From NCBI GenBank assembly GCA_039740895.1, contig JBCLGS010000002.1, positions 258-64,257 on the forward strand: a stretch of 64,000 nucleotides of DNA. The letters are read 5' to 3'. A model generated the notes under the pieces. It was not told the DNA's origin and searched no databases. It worked only from the letters and a program-made list of their open reading frames with translations. Both the position numbers and the translations under genes were made by a program. This DNA is from Parcubacteria group bacterium (GTDB taxonomy: Bacteria; Patescibacteriota; Minisyncoccia; Phycocordibacterales; DATDWN01). Shown one piece after another: positions 40,035-49,998 of this stretch (positions are counted from its first letter, which is position 1; each line of letters starts with the position of its first letter).

Positions 40035-40454
40035 TTACTCAGAAGTAATAAAACTTTTTATTGTTGGTAAAATATTTGTGTAATATTCCCTTAGATTGTC
40101 ATAACTAAGTTTTGAAATAACATCTGTGTACGAAACCCATTCTATACTGTCATTATCAGATTCATTTTTCAAAGTTGAATCATCTTCAGATTGAACTAGG
40201 AACATTTTAGTTGAAACTATTTCTCCAGTTGAAGAGGTATAAGATAGGTCATTAAGTGATGTCAATATCTTTATAGATAAACCAGTTTCTTCTTTTATCT
40301 CACGAATCATTGCTTGAGTCGGCTCTTCTCCTGCATCTATATGGCCTTTAGGAAAGGACCAATCTTTTTGCTTACCACGATAAAGTAATGCAATGTTGTT
40401 TTTATTTTCATTGCTTAAAATAATAGCCCCAGCTTTTTGTGTTATTGTATTCAT
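40035..40454 (-). CDS. NUDIX hydrolase
   Basis: WSFPKGHIDAGEEPTQAMIREIKEETG. Confidence 0.9.
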   Translation of the reverse strand: MNTITQKAGAIILSNENKNNIALLYRGKQKDWSFPKGHIDAGEEPTQAMIREIKEETGLSIKILTSLNDLSYTSSTGEIVSTKMFLVQSEDDSTLKNESDNDSIEWVSYTDVISKLSYDNLREYYTNILPTIKSFITSE

Positions 40455-40486
40455 GTTTATTTATGAAAAAGTGGCACTTTATTTAT

Positions 40487-41734
40487 TTAAACATCTTGCT
40501 GGGTATTTTCGGGGGTGACATCTATTTTTCCAGCTATTGTGTTCATAATCTTAGGAAGATTTTTAAGTTTTATACGCTTAAGAAAATCAGTTGTTCCTTC
40601 ACTTAATTTGTCTTGATTCATTAATTCTATTGCTTTTTTTAAATGATCTTTAGTAAACGTCTCTCCGTACTTCCAGATACCTTTTTGTTCCAATTCATAT
40701 TCAAGTACACGCTTACGAGCGTTCATTTCTGTAGGATTAGAAAAATATTCATTATCCTCTTTTGCATCCGAGGATAATGGACGATATGCTTCTTTGTACA
40801 AATTTTTAGCATACCTTGACATATATTTGTTATCATCTGTAATTGCATGCTCTCCCTCATGAATAGCCACGGGTTCATTCATTAAATAAGTATGAGGACT
40901 AAGAATATATTTACCTTCTAATTCAGGTCTTCCAGAATTATAAGGAGTATACTCCCCAGCAACTCCTGCATCCAGAGGGTGATGTTGATCCTGAATTCTT
41001 ACCTTGTCAGATACTGCAATATCTCTTCTACGTTCTATTTCCTTATCAGATAGACCCTCAAATTTTTTACCTTTATCAGCATATTCTTTAGAGTGTACTA
41101 TTCCTGCCAACCACTCTCTTTGTTCATCAGCATCTATATAATTAAGTTCAGCTTCAATCTTAAGTTTATCAAATTCAGATTCCCCTTCTAAATTATATGT
41201 AGGATGAGCTTTTACATATTTTTGATACTCATCATAACTTTCAAATGCTTTTCGTTGAGGATTATCCTTTTTAACTTCTATATGTGCTCTTTCATTACTT
41301 GAAGGTGTCCCCGCAACAACCTGTTCTTGTGCAGAAGTAGTTTGCAACTCCTCAGTAGGATTTTTTGCTGATTGTGCTTCTGCGGTGGTTGCCATGGAAG
41401 CTAGTACTCCAACAGCCATAATTTTTTTAAAACTTTTATATAATTCACTAGCTGAATCTTTGATGCCACTTAGTGCAGAATTTGTGCCACTTGATTCCAT
41501 GCGTGATGTAACCTCATCAGAAGTAAATCCTAACTTTTCGCCAAAACCAATCACATTTGGAGTTACAGTGTCTGCTTTTTCGTCAAATGAAGCTATTTCC
41601 GCATCAGATTTTAGATCTAATTCTTTTATTTCTTCTGTTTCTGTTAAGGGTAATGCTTCGGGTGATACTTCGGGCAGTACGGTACCCTCTTTTAAAGACA
41701 AGTCATCTTCTTTTTGTTTTTGTTCAAAATTCAT
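40487..41734 (-). CDS. hypothetical protein with central hydrophobic helix and C-terminal HExxH domain
   Basis: Acidic N-terminus, IMAVGVLASMA, VAIHEGEH, YFSNPTEMNAR. Confidence 0.65.
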   Translation of the reverse strand: MNFEQKQKEDDLSLKEGTVLPEVSPEALPLTETEEIKELDLKSDAEIASFDEKADTVTPNVIGFGEKLGFTSDEVTSRMESSGTNSALSGIKDSASELYKSFKKIMAVGVLASMATTAEAQSAKNPTEELQTTSAQEQVVAGTPSSNERAHIEVKKDNPQRKAFESYDEYQKYVKAHPTYNLEGESEFDKLKIEAELNYIDADEQREWLAGIVHSKEYADKGKKFEGLSDKEIERRRDIAVSDKVRIQDQHHPLDAGVAGEYTPYNSGRPELEGKYILSPHTYLMNEPVAIHEGEHAITDDNKYMSRYAKNLYKEAYRPLSSDAKEDNEYFSNPTEMNARKRVLEYELEQKGIWKYGETFTKDHLKKAIELMNQDKLSEGTTDFLKRIKLKNLPKIMNTIAGKIDVTPENTQQDV

Positions 41735-41736
41735 AA

Positions 41737-41895
41737 TTACATTTTTAAATCTTTACGCAACCTTTCTATTTTTTCTTTTTCAAGCTGTCGTCTAAAATTA
41801 GAAATTATTTTTTCTTGCTCTTCACTCAATTCACCTAATTGCTCTTTGAATTTTAGAAAAGCTATTTTAATTTTTGATATGTTATCTTGAGACAT
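41737..41895 (-). CDS. small coiled-coil hypothetical protein (52 aa)
   Basis: MSQDNISKIKIAFLKFKEQLGELSEEQEKIISNFRRQLEKEKIERLRKDLKM; stop 2 nt before the next ATG. Confidence 0.5.
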   Translation of the reverse strand: MSQDNISKIKIAFLKFKEQLGELSEEQEKIISNFRRQLEKEKIERLRKDLKM

Positions 41896-41988
41896 TTGAA
41901 TTATATTATTTCACATTTACTTCTATATGAAAAGAGGTATCGGAAATTACTTTAAGTCATTTTCCATACCATGTGATAGGATTGAACA

Positions 41989-43254
41989 ATGACAAACAAA
42001 GAAGAAACAGTCTGGGATGTGGCTGTAATAGGCGGTGGTCCTGCAGGATTGATGGCGGCTGGGCGAGCAGGAGAAAATGGCTCTCGTGTCATTTTGCTTG
42101 AAAAAAACTCTATTTTGGGCAAAAAACTCCTTATAACAGGTGGTGGGCGATGCAACATGACAAATGCCGAGATGGACATTCGTAAGCTCCTTGAAAAATT
42201 TGAGGAGGCTGGCAAATTTCTATTTTCTACATTCTCACAATTTAGTAGCAAAGAAACTCTAGAATTTTTCAATACCCGAGGACTCCAAACAAAAGTAGAG
42301 CCAGGTCTCCGTGTCTTCCCTATCACGGACAAATCGCAATCTGTTTTAGATGTTTTGGAAAAATATATACAAGATAATAATGTAACAATTCAGTGCAACT
42401 CGGCTGTTTCTGGATTTAAAACTTCTGAAAATAAAATTATTTCAGCCACATTAGAAGATGGACGAGAAATAAAAGCCAAAAACTTTATACTCGCAACTGG
42501 CGGAAAATCCCGACCAGAAACTGGTTCAACAGGTGAAGGATTTTCGTGGCTTCGAAAAATTGGTCATACTATAATTGAACCGAGCTCAGCCTTAGTGCCA
42601 ATTGCTATTCTAGACGAATGGGTCAAAAAACTTCAAGGATTAAGTCTGTCAGATGTAAAAATCTCACTAGTTCAATATGAAAAAAAAGTAGAAGCAAAAA
42701 AAGGAAAGATGCTTTTCACTCACTTTGGCATAAGTGGCCCAACCATTTTAAATATGAGTAAACATGTTGGAGATCTTTTGAAACATGATGATGTTACTAT
42801 TTCTATCGATTTATTTCCCCAATATGGTTTGGACAAAATGAATACAGAGCTTCAAGAACTTTTTAAAAAACAAAACAAAAAACAATTAAAAAATTGTCTA
42901 CCAGATATTATTCCAAGCACATTGGTCCCTGTAATTCTTGAACTTACCGACATCAATCCAAAAACCCCAGCTAATAGCGTGACCAGAGAAGACAGAATAA
43001 AACTTATGGAAATTCTCAAATCACTTAATATGAAAGTTAAAGGTCTTCTAGGCGTTGAAAACGCGATTGTCTCTAGTGGAGGTGTAAGTTTGGACGAAGT
43101 TGATTTTAAAACTATGTCCTCTCGCCTATTTCCAAATCTCTATCTTGTGGGTGATATACTAAATGTAAACCGTCCATCTGGTGGCTTCAGTCTACAGCTT
43201 TGCTGGACTACAGGATTTGTCGCAGGCACATCTGCAAGTAAAAATAATAATTAA
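41989..43254 (+). CDS. HI0933/BaiN-family flavoprotein
   Basis: GGGPAG, GKKLLITGGGRCNMTN, LFTHFGISGP, GGFSLQ. Confidence 0.92.
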   Translation: MTNKEETVWDVAVIGGGPAGLMAAGRAGENGSRVILLEKNSILGKKLLITGGGRCNMTNAEMDIRKLLEKFEEAGKFLFSTFSQFSSKETLEFFNTRGLQTKVEPGLRVFPITDKSQSVLDVLEKYIQDNNVTIQCNSAVSGFKTSENKIISATLEDGREIKAKNFILATGGKSRPETGSTGEGFSWLRKIGHTIIEPSSALVPIAILDEWVKKLQGLSLSDVKISLVQYEKKVEAKKGKMLFTHFGISGPTILNMSKHVGDLLKHDDVTISIDLFPQYGLDKMNTELQELFKKQNKKQLKNCLPDIIPSTLVPVILELTDINPKTPANSVTREDRIKLMEILKSLNMKVKGLLGVENAIVSSGGVSLDEVDFKTMSSRLFPNLYLVGDILNVNRPSGGFSLQLCWTTGFVAGTSASKNNN

Positions 43255-43315
43255 ACCCTATTAACAAAAAAATTATTTAGGGTTATAATTGTATTGATAT
43301 TAATAATTTTTTATT

Positions 43316-43804
43316 ATGAGCCCAGCACCTATTATTTCTTTCGAGGATTTTAATCTTATTAAAAATGGTTTAGGAAAAATAGTTTGTACCTCAGGAGGAT
43401 TTGACCCAATACACCCTGGGCACGCATCCTATCTTTTTGAGTCAAAAAAATATGGAGATGTCTTAGTAGTTGTGGTAAAAGGAGATACTTTTCTGAAAAA
43501 TAAAAAAGGAAAACCTTTCATGGACTTACAAACAAGGTGCTATCTAGTCTCTCATATAATAGGAGTGGATTTCGTTATCCCTTTTGAAATAGAGAATGAT
43601 CAGACTGTTTGTGAAGCGTTAAAGAAAATAAAACCTCATGTTTTTACGAGGGGAGGAAATAGAGTAGACGCTACATCAATTCCGGAATGGAACATCTGCG
43701 AAGAACATAATATTGAAATAATTTTTGGCGTTGGACTACAAAAACTTTGGAGTAGCACTGATTTCTTGGAAGAGTGGGGAGAATTTTGGGTTACAAAAAA
43801 ATAG
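43316..43804 (+). CDS. cytidylyltransferase-like nucleotidyltransferase
   Basis: SGGFDPIHPGH HxGH motif, KKGKPFM. Confidence 0.85.
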   Translation: MSPAPIISFEDFNLIKNGLGKIVCTSGGFDPIHPGHASYLFESKKYGDVLVVVVKGDTFLKNKKGKPFMDLQTRCYLVSHIIGVDFVIPFEIENDQTVCEALKKIKPHVFTRGGNRVDATSIPEWNICEEHNIEIIFGVGLQKLWSSTDFLEEWGEFWVTKK

Positions 43805-43850
43805 CCTCACTCCAGACCAACTCTAGGAGTGAAGCTATTTTTTATTTTTT

Positions 43851-44144
43851 CTAATTCTTCAAAACTGCTGGTGCTGGTTGCGCAGTAGCAGTAGGAGTTA
43901 CAACATCCCATTGTCCACCACGCATCATTTTTCCATATCCATGTCGATATGAACCACCACCATACTCACCTCCAAGCATACCTTTGAATTCTCCGACTTT
44001 CATACCTAGGGAGAAAATCATATAAACAACTACGATGACAAGTACCCATCTCAAAAGACCGTATTGATGATGATACTTACCACTGCAATTTCCCATGTGA
44101 CCTTTGCAAACTTCACATGAATTTTGATTCGTATTCTGCTCCAT
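43851..44144 (-). CDS. hypothetical single-TM protein
   Basis: One hydrophobic helix, Gly-rich tail. Confidence 0.65.
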   Translation of the reverse strand: MEQNTNQNSCEVCKGHMGNCSGKYHHQYGLLRWVLVIVVVYMIFSLGMKVGEFKGMLGGEYGGGSYRHGYGKMMRGGQWDVVTPTATAQPAPAVLKN

Positions 44145-44226
44145 TAGTTTGATGCAAGTTATTAATAATTCAACATGTAAATTATACTACATACTATTTT
44201 TGTTGTCATCATCACACTGGGGAAAA

Positions 44227-45420
44227 CTAAGAAGTAATTTTTGATGGAATGATTTTATATCTAAATATTACAAAAAAACAAAGTGCTACTGAAGTTATTA
44301 CCGCAGCAAAAAGAAAAGCGTAAGTAGGATGAAGTGCCCATAGAAGACCTGCGATAATCGAAGCTGGAAGATATGCTAAACCAGTAATAAAATTATACAC
44401 ACCAATAGCAGTGGCGCGTCTGTCTGTTTCAATGTCTGCGATGAAGGCCTTGCTCTGTGCTTCATCAATACTGTAAAAAATTCCAAACAAAACAAATAAA
44501 TAAATAACTTGCCATTTGTTTGTGGCGAAAATAAAACCAAAAGACATTATAATATAAATCAAATAACCTAAAACAACTATGTATTTTCTACCCACCCAAT
44601 CCCCTAGCTTGCCAATAGGAATTGAAACGATAACAAACACAATATTAAATAGTGCGTAAAGTAAAACAACATCCTTAATTGCGAAACCAACAGTGTATGC
44701 TCTCAAAAGAAGAAAACCGAAACTAAAATATGCCAAGGAGAATATGCTGGCTGGAATAAGATAAAATTTAAACCCATCATTTAAAGTCGTCCAGGCTTTG
44801 AAAATGTTCTCTCTTTCGTGCGGTGTTCCCGGTCTATCTTTCATAAAAGAAAGGACAATCACTGAAAGTATTGCCAAAACAATTGCGATAATGAAAATAA
44901 TATGGAAAGTGCTTAGTTTCTCCCCTAGTGTGGTCAAAAGTGCATAAGCAAGTAGTGGACCAAGAATTGCACCAAATTTGTCCATTGCTTTATGTAATCC
45001 AAAAGCATACCCACGGTTCCTCTGCTCAGTCACATCTGAAAGCCATGCATCTCGCGGTGGGCCATGAAAACTTTTTCCCAGGCGTTCTATCACTCTAAAA
45101 AGAGCAAGTGAGGTAACAGAACTTGCTATGAGCAAGGAGACTTTTGCTAAAGTAGAAAAACCGTAGCCGACAAGAACTAGTGGCTTTCTCTTGCCAGACC
45201 TATCAGAAAACCAGCCCGCAAAATAGTCAAGTGATGATGATGAAAAGTCTGCAAGCCCTTCTATTATTCCCAAAAGAGCCGAGGACGCTCCCATAATTAC
45301 TGTAAAGAAAATTGAAAATACAGAAAAAATAGCTTCCGAGCTTACGTCAGTAAGAAAACTTACAACTCCCAATTTCAGTACGTCTGGATGAACATCTAAA
45401 AATCTTTTTTCTTCTTCCAT
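44227..45420 (-). CDS. MFS transporter
   Basis: GWFSDRSGKRK and GKLGDWVGRK loops, ~12 TMs. Confidence 0.92.
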   Translation of the reverse strand: MEEEKRFLDVHPDVLKLGVVSFLTDVSSEAIFSVFSIFFTVIMGASSALLGIIEGLADFSSSSLDYFAGWFSDRSGKRKPLVLVGYGFSTLAKVSLLIASSVTSLALFRVIERLGKSFHGPPRDAWLSDVTEQRNRGYAFGLHKAMDKFGAILGPLLAYALLTTLGEKLSTFHIIFIIAIVLAILSVIVLSFMKDRPGTPHERENIFKAWTTLNDGFKFYLIPASIFSLAYFSFGFLLLRAYTVGFAIKDVVLLYALFNIVFVIVSIPIGKLGDWVGRKYIVVLGYLIYIIMSFGFIFATNKWQVIYLFVLFGIFYSIDEAQSKAFIADIETDRRATAIGVYNFITGLAYLPASIIAGLLWALHPTYAFLFAAVITSVALCFFVIFRYKIIPSKITS

Positions 45421-45442
45421 AGCATAAGTATAACAAAAATTA

Positions 45443-45730
45443 TTATTTTAAAGGAATTTTAGTGCTTTTTATTAGTTGCAATTTTTGTTCCCTGCTCAAC
45501 ATTTTTATCTCACCTTCCCGGCGGCGAGATTCACTATATGTTTCAAATTTTTCTGAGTGCATCAAAACAGTCGGCCTGCGAATTTTTGTGTAGTGCGCTC
45601 CAGATTTTAAATTGTTATGTTGATGCAGTCTCTTTTTAAGATTATTCGTGGACCCGATATAGAAAGTTTTATCTGCACATTGAAGGATGTAAACGAAATA
45701 AGGTATTTTAACTAAAATTTTTTCGCTCAT
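45443..45730 (-). CDS. GIY-YIG nuclease (YhbQ/UPF0213-like)
   Basis: YFVYIL...FYIGSTNNLKKRLHQHN...GAHYTK.RRP. Confidence 0.9.
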   Translation of the reverse strand: MSEKILVKIPYFVYILQCADKTFYIGSTNNLKKRLHQHNNLKSGAHYTKIRRPTVLMHSEKFETYSESRRREGEIKMLSREQKLQLIKSTKIPLK

Positions 45731-45818
45731 ATTTATATTATATCGTAAATGGCGGCTGACCCCCATTTCCCTTGCTACTTTTACATGGAGAAGTGTTTTA
45801 TTTGTGCTAGAATACTAA

Positions 45819-46631
45819 ATGGAGGTTCCAATGGAACAAGACAAAAACTTCCCCTTAAACAAGGGAATAGCAGTGATTATGGGGCTGTTCCACATCGGAG
45901 CCGTCCTCGCTTTGTTCTTTACAACCCCAAACAGAATCCTTCTTGGATTCACTGTTTGGGCAATCGTAAGCAGTGTCGGCATCGGAGTCTGCTACCATCG
46001 TCTACTCACCCATAGGGGATACGAGACATATAAATGGCTAGAGTATTTGATGGCGACAATCGCTGCACTCGGTCAACAAAGCTTGGCAATCATCTGGGTG
46101 GCTCTTCATAGGATTCACCATAAGTTCACCGAACAACCAGGCAAAGACCCGCACACACCTCGAGATGGTCGCTGGTGGAGCCATATGGATTGGATTCTGC
46201 ATCCAAATCCAGAGTTCCAAAATAGCGTCTTCCTGAACAAGTGGGTACCTGACCTCATCCGACAACCATTCTACCGGAAACGCTACATTCAGTGGTTACC
46301 GACTGTAGTACTAGCTACACTCTGCCTTATCTTTGGTGGAGTTCCTGCTGTACTGTGGGGAGTCACATTACCGGTTGTGGTCGGCTGGCACCAAACATGG
46401 CTTGTCAATTCGGCAACTCATATCTGGGGTAAAAGACGCTTCGATACACCAGACGATTCTCGCAATCTCTGGTGGGTCGGGTTGCTGGCTTGGGGCGAGG
46501 GGTGGCATAACAACCATCATTACGACCCAGTTCGGGCACGGCATGGTATTGTTTGGTACGAGTTCGATGTGAACTGGTACTTCATCAAAACCCTTCAGTT
46601 CTTTGGGTTAGTATGGAAGGTAAAAGACTAA
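45819..46631 (+). CDS. delta-9-type fatty acid desaturase
   Basis: His boxes HRLLTH, HRIHH, GEGWHNNHH; DPHTP; VNSATH. Confidence 0.93.
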   Translation: MEVPMEQDKNFPLNKGIAVIMGLFHIGAVLALFFTTPNRILLGFTVWAIVSSVGIGVCYHRLLTHRGYETYKWLEYLMATIAALGQQSLAIIWVALHRIHHKFTEQPGKDPHTPRDGRWWSHMDWILHPNPEFQNSVFLNKWVPDLIRQPFYRKRYIQWLPTVVLATLCLIFGGVPAVLWGVTLPVVVGWHQTWLVNSATHIWGKRRFDTPDDSRNLWWVGLLAWGEGWHNNHHYDPVRARHGIVWYEFDVNWYFIKTLQFFGLVWKVKD

Positions 46632-46918
46632 CTCGGTATCAATCGCAATCCGCTTCACAACAAAATCTGTTGGAGGAGCGGATTTTGTTTAGTTAGCAAG
46701 GGCGACATTTGCGAAGTTCGTCAGAATGCTCGAGTACACAATTAGGGCAACAAATTATTTTGTATTTCATATAGTAAATAACTCACCTTTTGAATTCTTC
46801 CGTGCGGTAAGTATACCAGAGTTTGCGTCCAAAGTATTTAATACTCTATACCCCTCGTTACCTATGGGTATAAATTTATCGTTTAGATTTATAAAATATG
46901 GATGTGGATAACTTAGCT

Positions 46919-46947
46919 TTGCCTTTCGGCTTCCGTTCGGTTATAAT
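46919..46947 (+). promoter_or_regulatory. promoter with TTCGG-N6-TTCGG direct repeat (candidate LexA operator)
   Basis: TTGCCT-N17-TATAAT; spacer holds ttcgg(46925)cttccg ttcgg(46936); directly upstream of the LexA-MTase fusion. Confidence 0.65.
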
Positions 46948-46980
46948 CAAATGGTAGCGTAAATTGATCTTAATTGCAAT

Positions 46981-48558
46981 ATGTCAAACCTCACAAAAAA
47001 GCAAAAACAAGTCTTCGACTTTATAAATACCTATATTGCCGAAAATGGCATATCTCCGACCATAGAAGAAATACGAAAAAAACTGAAACTCAAAGCAGTT
47101 TCTACTATTCACGAACATATCAATTCCCTCAGAGATAAGGGATATCTCTCAAAGTCTGAAAATTCAGCTAGAAGTCTATTGTTAAAGAAAGAAATCAAGT
47201 CTGTTGTTGAGATTCCTATTGTTGGGCGAATTACTGCGGGATATCCAATAGAAGCGATTGAAAATACAGAAGACACAATTTCCATAATCAATCCTAGTAT
47301 AAAAACTGCCGAGGGATACTATGCTTTGCGTGTTGTTGGGGACAGTATGATTGGTGAAGGAATTTTTGATAACGATATCGTGATAATCAAAAAACAATCG
47401 GTGGCTGAAAATGGACAAACAGTGGTTGCTATTATTGACGATAATGAAGCAACTTTAAAGAAATTGTATCGAGATAAAAATAGATTTAGATTGGAACCTA
47501 GAAATCAATCGATGCTTCCTTTTTACAGAAAAGAAGTAGAGGTCAGAGGTGTTGTCGTTCAAATAATAAGTAATATAAATAATGAAACAGTAGATATTCC
47601 TTCTAAAAAGACTAAGCATGGATTCAAAACAATCGATCTTTTTGCTGGAGTCGGTGGTATACGATTAGGTTTTGAAAATGCCGGATTCAAAACAGTTTTT
47701 GCAAATGATTTTGAGCCAAAATGTAAAGACACTTATGACCTTAATTTTAAAGATTCAAAGTTGGTTATTGAGGATATTAGAAAAATCGGGATTGACGATT
47801 TACCAAAGTTTGATTTCTTGCTCGGAGGATTCCCTTGTCAGGCTTTTTCTATTGCAGGATATAGGCAAGGTTTTAATGATGAGAAAGGCAGAGGCAATTT
47901 ATTTTTTGATATTGTAAGAATTCTTGATGCACGAAAACCTGAAGGTTTTCTACTTGAAAATGTAAAAAACTTGAAAAGCCATGATGGAGGTAAAACATTT
48001 CAAATAATTCTAGACACCTTAGAAAGTCTTGGCTATTATGTCAAAACAAAAGTTTTAAATAGTATGGAGTACGGAAATATCCCGCAAAATAGAGAGCGTA
48101 TTTATATCATAGGTTTTAGAAATAAAGACTATTCAGATAAATTTGAGTTTCCTAGCCCAGTAAAATTAACTGTAAAAATTACTGATTTATTAGAGAAAAA
48201 TGTACCTGAAAAATACTATTACAATGGCAAGCCATTGTTCGAAAAATTAAAAGGCTCTATAAAAGAAGAAGGAAAAGTATATCAATGGCGTAGGCAGTAT
48301 GTCCGAGAAAACAAAAGAGGTGTTTGTCCGACACTAACCGCAAATATGGGTACAGGTGGACATAATGTGCCAATCATAAAAGATAAAAAAGGTATCAGAA
48401 AATTAACCCCGCTTGAATGTGCACGAATACAAGGTTTTCCAAGTAGTTATAAAATACCTAAACTTGCAGATTCTGCTTTATATAAGCAATTTGGGAACTC
48501 TGTTAGTGTCCCAGTTATTGAAGCTGTCGGAAAACAGATGATGAAAGCAATGGAATAA
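46981..48558 (+). CDS. LexA repressor fused to C5-cytosine DNA methyltransferase
   Basis: N-terminal LexA (LTKKQKQV, SPTIEEI, ITAGYP, GDSM, TLKK); C-terminal MTase (DLFAGVGG, GFPCQ, ENV, QNRER, YKQFGNSV) in one ORF. Confidence 0.93.
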   Translation: MSNLTKKQKQVFDFINTYIAENGISPTIEEIRKKLKLKAVSTIHEHINSLRDKGYLSKSENSARSLLLKKEIKSVVEIPIVGRITAGYPIEAIENTEDTISIINPSIKTAEGYYALRVVGDSMIGEGIFDNDIVIIKKQSVAENGQTVVAIIDDNEATLKKLYRDKNRFRLEPRNQSMLPFYRKEVEVRGVVVQIISNINNETVDIPSKKTKHGFKTIDLFAGVGGIRLGFENAGFKTVFANDFEPKCKDTYDLNFKDSKLVIEDIRKIGIDDLPKFDFLLGGFPCQAFSIAGYRQGFNDEKGRGNLFFDIVRILDARKPEGFLLENVKNLKSHDGGKTFQIILDTLESLGYYVKTKVLNSMEYGNIPQNRERIYIIGFRNKDYSDKFEFPSPVKLTVKITDLLEKNVPEKYYYNGKPLFEKLKGSIKEEGKVYQWRRQYVRENKRGVCPTLTANMGTGGHNVPIIKDKKGIRKLTPLECARIQGFPSSYKIPKLADSALYKQFGNSVSVPVIEAVGKQMMKAME

Positions 48559-48563
48559 GAAAA

Positions 48564-49655
48564 TTATTTTATATATTTCCTTATATTATCAAGCATAACA
48601 TTCTCCTTATTTGGGATTTTATCTATAATAGATTTATGCATAAAATATTCACCATTTTTTGAACTAGACCTATCTAATAACTGGAACTTGATGATATAGG
48701 TTTTATTTGTTTCTAATTCTATGTCATTTATTTTTGCCTTACCTATTGTATATATTGTAATTGAGCTTTTACTGTTTTTCAAAACCTGAATTTTGTCTGC
48801 ATTTTCAACATATATATCAATTAATTTGTGCTTTCTATTGTTATCCAATTTATTTTCTTTCCAACTATATAAATTATCTATTTTTTTATTTACCCAATCT
48901 GAAAAAGACGCGGTTCGTGGTAGTATTCTTGGTGTTCGAGTTTCGTTTATTCCCTTTATGTAAAATGGACTTTCTCCTTCATTGCATAAGTTGGAATACT
49001 GCATAAAATCACTCGCTAAACAAACTGTAATAAGTCTCAGGGAGCCTAAATTCGTGTTATCCCGTCTAATCTTTGTAACTGATGATAGATCTTTATCTAC
49101 ATTTGTCTTTATAAAAACACTGTCGTCCATTTTTAATTTATCATAAACATCTTCACTTATAACTGTTTTCTCAAAAAAAGGCAGTAAATAATCACTATCA
49201 AGATCTGTCTCAACCATTACAAGATATTGCTTGTCGTAACCTTGATTTCTCAAACTAACCATATACTGTCCTTTTTTGAATGATTTAACTTCAATTTGCG
49301 GAGCATTATCTAAGGCACACCATTTATTCACATACTCGACAAATGGTATTGCCTTTGTTCCAATTTTTACACCCAGAACATCTGGGGCAATACCAGATTT
49401 TTTAGGGTTATATTCATAATAATCAGATATAACTTCTAGATTATCTGCTATTTTAGGAAGAAAATATTTATTAAAAATAATACTTTCAGGAATGATATTA
49501 ATCCAACGATCAAATACGCCTCCAATATAATCGCTTTTCCCACTAAGACCCCCGTACATTCTGCCTCGCTGAGCCATTGAGCAGACAAAATAGATGTATG
49601 GAACGACATCTTGTTTACTGATTATAATTTTATTGATTTTTGGCATCATTTTCAT
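48564..49655 (-). CDS. putative type II restriction endonuclease (PD-(D/E)xK)
   Basis: APDVLG...IEVKSF motif; convergent with the MTase, AT-rich. Confidence 0.6.
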   Translation of the reverse strand: MKMMPKINKIIISKQDVVPYIYFVCSMAQRGRMYGGLSGKSDYIGGVFDRWINIIPESIIFNKYFLPKIADNLEVISDYYEYNPKKSGIAPDVLGVKIGTKAIPFVEYVNKWCALDNAPQIEVKSFKKGQYMVSLRNQGYDKQYLVMVETDLDSDYLLPFFEKTVISEDVYDKLKMDDSVFIKTNVDKDLSSVTKIRRDNTNLGSLRLITVCLASDFMQYSNLCNEGESPFYIKGINETRTPRILPRTASFSDWVNKKIDNLYSWKENKLDNNRKHKLIDIYVENADKIQVLKNSKSSITIYTIGKAKINDIELETNKTYIIKFQLLDRSSSKNGEYFMHKSIIDKIPNKENVMLDNIRKYIK

Positions 49656-49750
49656 ATTACTTAACGAAATAGTCTAAAGGCTTTTTGTAAAGTTTTGCGA
49701 ATTCTTTCAACTGTAAAACATCAAATCGTCTTTATCCTGATTCTATTTTT

Positions 49751-49824
49751 TGGCTGCGGGACTTGGGGTCGAACCAAGATTCACGCTTTCAGAGAGCGTT
49801 TGCCTACCATTAGCAGATCCCGCA
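49751..49824 (-). tRNA. tRNA-Gln(CTG)
   Basis: Cloverleaf, anticodon arm acgct-CTCTGAA-agcgt, GGTTCGA T-loop, encoded CCA. Confidence 0.95.
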
Positions 49825-49882
49825 ATATTTTATTATCAAACTTACTAATCCCCCTCTATTTTAAGTAATATTTAGTTGCGTT

Positions 49883-49998
49883 ACTGCTGTTTGTATTCAA
49901 TCGCTTTGCTCTTGAACAAACAGGGAGCCTTACCCGCCCGCCACGCAAGCCGAAGTGTGCGAGGCGTTGCGGGCGGGCCATTAGCAGATCCCGCAATA
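49883..49998 (-). pseudogene. duplicated tRNA-Gln 5' end (49978-49998) followed by two palindromic elements
   Basis: 21 bp identical to 49807-49827; cccgcccgc...gcgggcggg hairpin; 49883-49928 resembles 22745-22791. Confidence 0.75.

Noticed and set aside
46981-49824. Prophage or integrative element at tRNA-Gln
   Set aside because: No integrase or phage genes, and I found no duplicated tRNA 3' end (att) on the far side of the R-M genes.
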